IMG/VR virus record: IMGVR_UViG_3300048837_000549
Location: 13,112 to 77,111 of that record
Strand: one strand, 5' to 3'
DNA length: 64,000 nt
From: a virus
A program made the position numbers and the translations under genes. Positions 56,923-64,000 of this stretch are shown piece by piece (the first letter of the stretch is position 1; every line of letters starts with the position of its first letter). Below the pieces are notes generated by a model, which searched no databases, had not been told where the DNA came from, and worked only from the letters and a program-made list of their open reading frames with translations.

Positions 56923-59076
56923 ATGAGTAGAACGTCAGTAATTGAACGGGACCTGAGTGGGTTTATAAACACTTTGGTGGACGAGACTGGAGCTATGGTT
57001 GTTAAGTCTTCTAAAGGTAAATCAACCCCTATGTATTTACAATCAGAAGCAGATGTATTAAGAGAATTGGGTAAACCTTCGGCTACATATCCAGGAGTAT
57101 TTGAAGCGATTGCATTTACTAGAAGAGCTCCATTATATGTAGCATGCGCAATAGGAGCTGGAGCAGTTTATGGGGGTATAGATGTTACATTATCAGATGT
57201 AACTGGATTTGGAGTTGGTAGAGATTTTTCAACTTTTAATTATGGAGCAACTGTTAAAGGAGCTGTCCATACAGCAGGAACTGGAGATGGAGTTGAAGCT
57301 ACATATACTGGAACAATTACAAATTTTCCTATCGTTGAAACAGGCGAGTTTAAGGTATATGTTGGTGGAGTATTAAAAACAGTGACTTTATCCGCTGGGG
57401 GAGTATTATCTGGGGATGATGTTACTGCAGGGTCAGTTACTCTTGCTGATGGAACTTTTACAATTACTTTTGCTGGAGTCGCGGGAACTTTTGCTACAAT
57501 AACAACTGATGTAGATGGTTCTTCAAATTATGATTTAAGCTTAGGGTCAACAGATAAACTTATTAAGATTACAATAGACGACGCAATAAAGACTATTAAC
57601 TTAGGTCAGTCAGCTACAACTACAAGAGCCGCTATAATTACAGCTATAAATACTGAATTTGGCTATACGGCAGCTGCTACTTCCGGTACTGATTTTATAT
57701 CTATTACAGGAAGAAAAGGAAGTACTTTAGGAAATATTACAATTGAAGACCCAGATACAGGAGATTCTGCTTTAGCTTTAGTATTTGATACAGGTGGATC
57801 AACAATTACTGATGCTGGTTCTAATCCTACTTTAGCAATTCCTAAATATGGAGAAGTAGTAACATTTGACTATCATTATTCAGTAGATACTTCTGCAATT
57901 GTATCTCATAGCTTTTTTACAACTTCACCCTATGCTGATGACTTAGCAGCTTCAGTTCAATATGTATCTGGAAGTAAATTTATTCTCACTCTGTACAAAG
58001 TAGGTACAAGTGGTAATTCATTATTAGAAACTTATAACTATTCTCTTATACAAGAAAAAGATGGTTATGGTAAATCACTTTATTATGTAGATGTATTTGA
58101 TGAAAATCCATATGTTCAGATTAAAATCAATACAGCTTTTGCGGGAATACTGTATACAGTTAACTCGGCAGTAATAGCTTTCTCAGGCGGGTCAAGAGGA
58201 GCTGAACCTGAATTAGGAGATTATACATCTGCTTGGAATAACTTCCAATATGGTAATAAGTATAGAGCTAAAATATTTATGGATGTATATGGTACTCACG
58301 CAACAACTATAAATACTATTATACAAACTTATCAAACATGGGGACAAGGTATTACATGTGTTCCTTTGGGATATAGTGCTGCGCAAGCGTTAACATTTAG
58401 ATCTGGACTTGCACTTGATACTGATGATGTTGGATTATATCATAACTGGTCAAAAATTCAAGATGATTATAATAACAGTTTCGCTTGGATTTCTAATGTA
58501 GGTTCTATAGGTAAAAAATACGCTTATATGTCAGATGTATATGATGCGGCAGCACCAGCTGGTATAGATGAAAATAATCATGGTGGATTACTTAATGATT
58601 GGGTAGTAAAAGAAGTTGAAATAGATTATACACAAGCTGAACTTGATTCATTTTATAATAATCAAGTCAACCCTATTATACTAGATCAAGCGTATGGTTT
58701 AATGATATATGGAGATCAAACTCTACAAGTTACAAATAGTGATACGAGTTTTGTTGGAACTAGACGAGTATACAAATATATTATAGATGTGGTTACAAAG
58801 CAAATTCTTAGAAAACAAGAATTTAAAATAAATGATCCATTGCATCGGTTGATGGCTAAAGTACAAACTGATGAGTTTATTGAACCTATTAAAGCTAATG
58901 GGTGGATCAGAGACTTCCTGGTGGTTTGCGACTCAACAAACAATACCGATGCAGTATTAAATGCACGACAATTCATTTTGGATCTGTATATTAAAATTAC
59001 CCCAACATCGGAATTCGTTATCCTCCGGCTTACTCGGGTGGGACAATCTATAAATATTTCTGAATTGGTAGCTTAA
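56923..59076 (+). CDS. tail sheath protein
   Basis: VIERDLS N-terminus; QVNPII...YGDQTL...F.INDP...VVCDSTNNT..V. Confidence 0.92.
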   Translation: MSRTSVIERDLSGFINTLVDETGAMVVKSSKGKSTPMYLQSEADVLRELGKPSATYPGVFEAIAFTRRAPLYVACAIGAGAVYGGIDVTLSDVTGFGVGRDFSTFNYGATVKGAVHTAGTGDGVEATYTGTITNFPIVETGEFKVYVGGVLKTVTLSAGGVLSGDDVTAGSVTLADGTFTITFAGVAGTFATITTDVDGSSNYDLSLGSTDKLIKITIDDAIKTINLGQSATTTRAAIITAINTEFGYTAAATSGTDFISITGRKGSTLGNITIEDPDTGDSALALVFDTGGSTITDAGSNPTLAIPKYGEVVTFDYHYSVDTSAIVSHSFFTTSPYADDLAASVQYVSGSKFILTLYKVGTSGNSLLETYNYSLIQEKDGYGKSLYYVDVFDENPYVQIKINTAFAGILYTVNSAVIAFSGGSRGAEPELGDYTSAWNNFQYGNKYRAKIFMDVYGTHATTINTIIQTYQTWGQGITCVPLGYSAAQALTFRSGLALDTDDVGLYHNWSKIQDDYNNSFAWISNVGSIGKKYAYMSDVYDAAAPAGIDENNHGGLLNDWVVKEVEIDYTQAELDSFYNNQVNPIILDQAYGLMIYGDQTLQVTNSDTSFVGTRRVYKYIIDVVTKQILRKQEFKINDPLHRLMAKVQTDEFIEPIKANGWIRDFLVVCDSTNNTDAVLNARQFILDLYIKITPTSEFVILRLTRVGQSINISELVA

Positions 59077-59081
59077 ATATA

Positions 59082-59117
59082 AATTAGGAGATAAGTTGTT
59101 AAATCTATCTCCTAATT
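59082..59117 (+). terminator. hairpin after the sheath gene (terminator or processing site)
   Basis: AATTAGGAGATA / TATCTCCTAATT 12-bp stem. Confidence 0.55.
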
Positions 59118-59221
59118 ACTAATAAATAAAGAGGGACAGAGACTGATCATCTTTTTCCGAAACTGTACTGAGTAGGAATTACCTCTTTTAACTTAAAAAA
59201 TCCAAGTACAGAGGAAAACAA
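59117..59221 (+). promoter_or_regulatory. late promoter plus structured leader of the endonuclease gene
   Basis: TACTAATAA at 59117; AAAGAGG/CCTCTTT stem; CTGTACT pairs with AGTACAG at the SD. Confidence 0.5.
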
Positions 59222-60439
59222 ATGATAACAAAGGAACAACTTCTACCTTATTTTGAAGATTATAATGAGTGGACAGTAAGAAAGATTTTAAAAGTATATC
59301 CATACGAACACTTTTTTGAAACTACCAAACATCTCCTACCTCAGATAAAAGAAAAAGATATTAAAGAAAGAATTTATATAATACTTAATAATATTAAGGA
59401 AATACCTGTATGTATATATTGTGGAAATCCTGTTACATTCTGGAGTATTACTAAGGGATATCATAATTATTGTTCTTATACTTGTAGTAATTTTGCAACA
59501 TCTGCAAAAAGAGTTAAAACTACAAGAGATCGGTATGGAGATAAAGCTTTTGATTCTAGCGAATCATGGTATAAAAAATCTGATGAAGAAAAAGCCGAAG
59601 TATTAGTCGGAAGAGAGGAAACAAATTTAAAAAAGTTTGGATATAAATGTTATTTTCAAACTCCACAATTTAAGCAGCAATGTATAGACACCTCTCAAGA
59701 AAAATATGGAGTAGATTACCCTACACAAGCCCCTGAAGTACGAGCCAAAACCATAAGTACTTGCTTAGACGTATACGGATATGAAAATCAAATGCAATCT
59801 CCTATTATACAACAGAAAAGTAAAGATACTTGTTTAAATACTTATGGTTTTGAGCATGCCAGCCAACACCCGGATGTTTGGGGAAAGGGAATGGCTACTT
59901 TTAAAAGTAGGTATGGAATTACTTCTAATTTTAGTAGACCTGAGGTTCAATTAAAGAGTAAAAATACTATTTTGTCTAGGTATGGAGTTCCTAATGCATA
60001 CCATATTAATAATAGTGATAGGAGTTGCCATTCTAAAGTTTCTCAAGAATTATTTTGGGGGCTATATAATAAATTACCTATAGTATTACAAAACCAATGT
60101 TATTTTGGAGAATTAAATAAAGAATATATTATTTATTACCAAGAGAAAGATAAACTCAGATACTTTTTTATTGATTTCTGTTTAGATAGTAAAAAAATAA
60201 TTATAGAATTTCAAGGGGATCATTGGCACAGAAACCCAGAGATTTACGAGCCCACTGACGAAAATATTATTATATGGGAAAAAGATAAGGATAGAAAGAA
60301 AAAAATTGAAGATCAGGGGTTTATAGTTTTTTATGTATGGGAAAGGGATTACTATAGGGATAAAGAAGAAACTATAAATAATTTATTAGATAAAATTTTA
60401 CTAATAAATAATGAATTTGAATTAAAAAATGAGGTATAA
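59222..60439 (+). CDS. free-standing homing-type endonuclease (zinc finger, T...YG repeats, Vsr-like nuclease)
   Basis: CIYC..CSYTC; about seven T..(K/R)YG repeats; FIDF...IIEFQGDHWH...VWE.D; inserted between sheath and tube. Confidence 0.75.
   Translation: MITKEQLLPYFEDYNEWTVRKILKVYPYEHFFETTKHLLPQIKEKDIKERIYIILNNIKEIPVCIYCGNPVTFWSITKGYHNYCSYTCSNFATSAKRVKTTRDRYGDKAFDSSESWYKKSDEEKAEVLVGREETNLKKFGYKCYFQTPQFKQQCIDTSQEKYGVDYPTQAPEVRAKTISTCLDVYGYENQMQSPIIQQKSKDTCLNTYGFEHASQHPDVWGKGMATFKSRYGITSNFSRPEVQLKSKNTILSRYGVPNAYHINNSDRSCHSKVSQELFWGLYNKLPIVLQNQCYFGELNKEYIIYYQEKDKLRYFFIDFCLDSKKIIIEFQGDHWHRNPEIYEPTDENIIIWEKDKDRKKKIEDQGFIVFYVWERDYYRDKEETINNLLDKILLINNEFELKNEV
60399..60407 (+). promoter_or_regulatory. 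late promoter for the tail tube gene, embedded in the endonuclease 3' end
   Basis: TACTAATAA. Confidence 0.55.
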
Positions 60440-60444
60440 ATAAA

Positions 60445-60957
60445 ATGGCTATTTCAACTGATGAAATTTTGAGCTTGGGCGACGACGCGATGTCCAGTCA
60501 ATTCTCAATTATATTTCCTAATGGTATTCCAGGTGGTGGAGATGCTAATGCTATATCACTAAGATGTGATCAAACATTTGATCCACCTGAAGATGTAGTA
60601 AACGTATATGAGATATTTAGAAAAGGTTTTAAAATTCCTAAGACTGGAATGCTACAAGAAACTACAAAAGAGTTTACTATAGATATAAGACTTGACCAAG
60701 CTTGGAAAGTTTATGATGATATGAGAAAATGGGCAGATATGTCTTATGATCATTCCAATGGTACGGCACTACCTGAAGTTATGGCTAGAAGTACTGTAAT
60801 AGTTCAAGCGGAAGATAGAACACAGGCTGGAGTTAAGAATATTACTTTTAAATACGCAAAACCTAAATCAGTTAAAATTCAAACTTTTGACAATCAATCA
60901 GGTGATCCACTTAGAATTACTGTAATATTTATTTATGTTGTTATGACGGTTGAATAA
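60445..60957 (+). CDS. tail tube protein (gp19-like)
   Basis: 170 aa after sheath; D..W.VY..M..W and P.SV motifs. Confidence 0.8.
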   Translation: MAISTDEILSLGDDAMSSQFSIIFPNGIPGGGDANAISLRCDQTFDPPEDVVNVYEIFRKGFKIPKTGMLQETTKEFTIDIRLDQAWKVYDDMRKWADMSYDHSNGTALPEVMARSTVIVQAEDRTQAGVKNITFKYAKPKSVKIQTFDNQSGDPLRITVIFIYVVMTVE

Positions 60958-61583
60958 TGGCAAGAGTACCTGATAACATAATCAATGCTTATAAAACTGG
61001 GGTTGATTTTGCGTCATATTTAAATCAAGGCGATACAACTATTGTGTCTAACCTTGATTTACAAAATAAATGTTTATTTGATATTCTCATCTATCCCGAG
61101 AATTTGTTGTCTTTATCCCCTACGGGAATAGCTATGGCAGCTTTAGATACATTTATAATGAGATTTCATTTATATGCTATAAATGATATACCATTGGTGG
61201 GTTTCGAATATCAAAGATCAGGTGGATTTCAATTTTTAAAAGATACCGTATATCCTGATAGTTTTTCTTGTACATTTTTAGAAACTAATTTTGGAGCTAC
61301 TAAAGGATATTTTAGAAAATGGCAAGAACAAATTGCTACTTACGATCAAACAACTAGAGATTATTTTTTTAATGATAATCAAATAGAAAGTAAGAGATCA
61401 GCAATTATAATTCCTCAAGCACCTGATATATTACCAGCATGGGAATGGATTAAAATAGATGGTATGAAATTTAAAAATTTAACTGGGGTAGGTTATGATC
61501 ATGCTTCTAGTGAGCAAGAATTACTTACGGCTGAGTTTACTTGTGATAATATCCGTATATCTTTAGGACCTACAGCACTTTAG
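60957..61583 (+). CDS. tube-like baseplate/tube initiator protein (gp48/gp54-like)
   Basis: Tube-fold pattern (YP..F.CTF.E.....YF..WQ); position. Confidence 0.55.
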   Translation: MARVPDNIINAYKTGVDFASYLNQGDTTIVSNLDLQNKCLFDILIYPENLLSLSPTGIAMAALDTFIMRFHLYAINDIPLVGFEYQRSGGFQFLKDTVYPDSFSCTFLETNFGATKGYFRKWQEQIATYDQTTRDYFFNDNQIESKRSAIIIPQAPDILPAWEWIKIDGMKFKNLTGVGYDHASSEQELLTAEFTCDNIRISLGPTAL

Positions 61584-61590
61584 TACTCAC

Positions 61591-61599
61591 TACTAATAA
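61591..61599 (+). promoter_or_regulatory. putative late promoter TACTAATAA
   Basis: Upstream of 61641. Confidence 0.6.
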
Positions 61600-61640
61600 A
61601 TAATAATTTTTAAAATGTATCATTTAATGGAGAAACATAA

Positions 61641-62810
61641 ATGGATAATGAGTTAATATTAAAACCAGAAGAAGTCGTACAGAGGCGTTCACAAAGTAAT
61701 GTGACAAAAATTCAGTTTGAAGAAGAACCGAAAGAACAATTGATTAACACAGCGGGATTAGTTAGAATAGACTATGAATCTCAAGGGAGATTTGCTACTC
61801 CACCTACTTTATATTTTGACGATTTTCTTGGAAAACATCTTAATGATATTGAATTATCGACTCAAGAAAATCTACTTGAAAACCTAATAATTATATTAAA
61901 TGATCTAAAGAAAAATGAACCAGATTTCGATGTAAGAAATATGACTGCTGAAGATTTACTTGAAACTCTTATCGCTCTTAAACAACAATTTGAAGGGGAT
62001 ACTCATATTCACTATTGGATATGTGATTGTCAAGTAGATAAAAGTGACAAAGAAAGAATAATAAATGAACATACGTTATCTTTAGGTGGATTATCTTTTA
62101 AATCAATGAGTCAAATAGATGAAGAAATGAAAGTTTATATGACAGAACGATTTAAAGATATGTCAGATGAAGAATTCAAAGCTTACTTATTGAAAAAATA
62201 TAAAAATAATCCTTTAGATGACATTGATAGTTATACTAGAGAACAAGAAATAAGTACAATTCTTATTAAAGAACCTTTTCATATTATAGCGGGTAATGAT
62301 GTATATACTATCCGATATCCAAGGCTAGATGATGTAATTAAAGCTAAAAAGTTTGCTGAAAAATTATATAGCCCAAAGATAAAAAATATTCAAAATAGAA
62401 AAGAACACGGTGTTCCATTACATGAGCTTAAAGATAAAAAAGAAAATGAAATTAAAGCTCTTAAAGATGAACAAGCTTCTACAATAGTATTATACGCGAA
62501 ATCAATGATGTTAGTATCTAAGAATGGAATGATATTAGCTGACAATGATAAGTATGAAATGTTTAAAAATGAAATTAAAAGAAATACTATTCGTAATATA
62601 GAAGATTTATTTGATAATATTCAATTCGGACTACAAACAGAAGCAGAGCTGTCTTGCCCTATATGTGGTGAAACAGAGAAGAGGTTACTTCGGGATTTTC
62701 TCGATCCAAGACAACTTCTCCCCTTCAATCATAAGAGGACAAGTAATGGAGATGCTCCCGAGAGAGAACTTAGACTCAATCCAGGATTTGATCTTTATTT
62801 TGGAATATAA
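61641..62810 (+). CDS. baseplate hub/tail assembly chaperone (T4 gp26-like)
   Basis: MTAED...LIAL, CDC, IRYPR and CPICG; precedes the tape measure. Confidence 0.65.
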   Translation: MDNELILKPEEVVQRRSQSNVTKIQFEEEPKEQLINTAGLVRIDYESQGRFATPPTLYFDDFLGKHLNDIELSTQENLLENLIIILNDLKKNEPDFDVRNMTAEDLLETLIALKQQFEGDTHIHYWICDCQVDKSDKERIINEHTLSLGGLSFKSMSQIDEEMKVYMTERFKDMSDEEFKAYLLKKYKNNPLDDIDSYTREQEISTILIKEPFHIIAGNDVYTIRYPRLDDVIKAKKFAEKLYSPKIKNIQNRKEHGVPLHELKDKKENEIKALKDEQASTIVLYAKSMMLVSKNGMILADNDKYEMFKNEIKRNTIRNIEDLFDNIQFGLQTEAELSCPICGETEKRLLRDFLDPRQLLPFNHKRTSNGDAPERELRLNPGFDLYFGI

Positions 62811-62946
62811 GTTAGGATTTTCTGAAGATGATTCTATGTCTATGAAGAGATGGGTAGCAAAGAAAAGAGTTAAACAGTATGAAGCTTATCAAAAAGCTAA
62901 AAGTGATGAAATAAAAAAACAAACTAATCAAATATCACATAAATAA
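62746..62946 (+). CDS. small tail assembly protein (gp51-like), overlapping the upstream gene
   Basis: GAGG SD before ATG 62746; LIFILEYKLGFSE...M..W pattern. Confidence 0.55.
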   Translation: MEMLPRENLDSIQDLIFILEYKLGFSEDDSMSMKRWVAKKRVKQYEAYQKAKSDEIKKQTNQISHK

Positions 62947-62971
62947 CTATGTGATATTTTTTTACTAATAA
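62931..62971 (+). terminator. terminator followed by late promoter
   Basis: AATATCACAT/ATGTGATATT stem plus T-run; TACTAATAA at 62963. Confidence 0.6.
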
Positions 62972-62999
62972 TTAAAATTAAATTATGGAGGTTTGATAA

Positions 63000-64000
63000 A
63001 TGGAAAATGGATTTGTAATGCCAGATTTAACTAAGCCTCTTAATAAAGAGCTAAAAAAAGAACAAACTAAAGTTGATAAAATATATGGGCCATTTCTAAT
63101 GAAGTTCTTTGGTAATAGTGGTATGTTTACTATGGCTATAAAAGGTCTTCATAATATGCTTATTACCCGATTTACACGTCTTATTGAAATAGTAGAAAAG
63201 GTATATGGAGAAGCAGAGACTAGTAACGCACGTGGTAAAAAGAATGAAGAATCTGATAGTGAAAAAAAGAAAAAGCACTGGATAACTGAAAAATGGCAGA
63301 AAGTTATTAAAAGTAATTTCTTTCAAAAAACTTTAGGTTTTTTAAAGGGAATGGCTTCAGTAAGTTTTATCACTACTCTATTAACATTCTTAGTATTATT
63401 TAGAATGGGTATTATACAAAAATTCTTACCTTGGATATTCTCTATTGTAGGTGACGCAGTAATTAGTTTAATAAAATTTCTGCCTACATTACTTAAAATG
63501 TTTTGGGGGCTTTTAACTAAGACACTACCTAAAATACTTTCTCAGGTATTTAGGGCAATATTTAAAATGTTAGGCATCGAGAATGAAACACTTTTAAAGT
63601 TTTCAGATGGACTCGCTAAGATACTTCCGTTACTGTTAGCTGGATTATGGCTATTCGATAAAATATCAGCAGTATTCCCTATCTTTACAGCTATAGGCAA
63701 AGTATTTTCTTTTATCTGGACTATAGCATCTCAGCTTTTTGGAATAGTTAAATTGATTGCTTTTGCTCTATCTATCCCTGTTGGCTGGATAGTACTTATT
63801 ATTGCAGGAGTTGTTTTACTTGGAGTCTTAATATGGAAATTTAGAAAAGAAATATGGGATTTTTTAAAATGGATAGGATCAGCTTTCAATAAATATGTAT
63901 TACAACCTTTAGTTTTCATTTTTACTATGATTGGTCTATTAGCATGGGATTATATTATAAAACCCTTAATTAAGGGTTTTAAATGGATGTTTAAAATTTA
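63000..64000 (+). CDS. probable tape measure protein, N-terminal part (runs off the window)
   Basis: GGAGG SD, ATG 63000, reads open toward the window end; amphipathic/hydrophobic helices; position after the chaperones. Confidence 0.65.
   Translation, partial: MENGFVMPDLTKPLNKELKKEQTKVDKIYGPFLMKFFGNSGMFTMAIKGLHNMLITRFTRLIEIVEKVYGEAETSNARGKKNEESDSEKKKKHWITEKWQKVIKSNFFQKTLGFLKGMASVSFITTLLTFLVLFRMGIIQKFLPWIFSIVGDAVISLIKFLPTLLKMFWGLLTKTLPKILSQVFRAIFKMLGIENETLLKFSDGLAKILPLLLAGLWLFDKISAVFPIFTAIGKVFSFIWTIASQLFGIVKLIAFALSIPVGWIVLIIAGVVLLGVLIWKFRKEIWDFLKWIGSAFNKYVLQPLVFIFTMIGLLAWDYIIKPLIKGFKWMFKI

Noticed and set aside
59222-60439. Group I intron or intein hosting the endonuclease
   Set aside because: Sheath and tube ORFs are complete on either side, so the gene is free-standing.
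6212-63919. Short ORF-track entries antisense or out of frame within long genes (e.g. 6212, 10884, 17340, 27720, 43002, 58716, 63096)
   Set aside because: They lie within well-supported genes and have no SD or motifs.
1-64000. Stop-codon reassignment suggested by the tnpB TAA and the TAG at 46112
   Set aside because: Core genes are intact in code 11 and end in TAA, TAG or TGA; the breaks are isolated lesions.

Overview
A 64 kb piece of a large, AT-rich lytic myovirus with distantly T4-like head and tail genes. The host cannot be assigned from this sequence. Plus-strand late blocks encode a glycosyltransferase cluster, virion and fiber proteins, a 1245-aa Alt-like PARP-fold ADP-ribosyltransferase, a prohead protease-scaffold, the major capsid protein, terminase, a neck protein, sheath, tube, baseplate proteins and the start of a probable tape measure. 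A primase also lies on the plus strand. Minus-strand blocks that look early encode a sigma factor, ATP-dependent DNA ligase, WGR-PARP, RNA ligase, YopX and many mini-ORFs. Mobile elements are a tnpA-less IS200/IS605 element (RHH gene plus a stop-interrupted tnpB) and two PD-(D/E)xK free-standing endonucleases. The main unexplained signal is that about 20 otherwise unrelated ORFs or internal starts share an N-terminal peptide, M-(K/I/Q/E)-R-Y-x(2-6)-(F/Y/L)-x-E. It resembles the T4 capsid-targeting sequence ending in a prohead-protease site. Several of these genes sit behind a phage-specific TACTAATAA late-promoter motif. I infer a large, modular set of capsid-packaged, injected proteins (metallopeptidase-like, RNase-like, ART, ParB-like and membrane proteins). 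All family calls come from motif recognition by eye; no searches were run.
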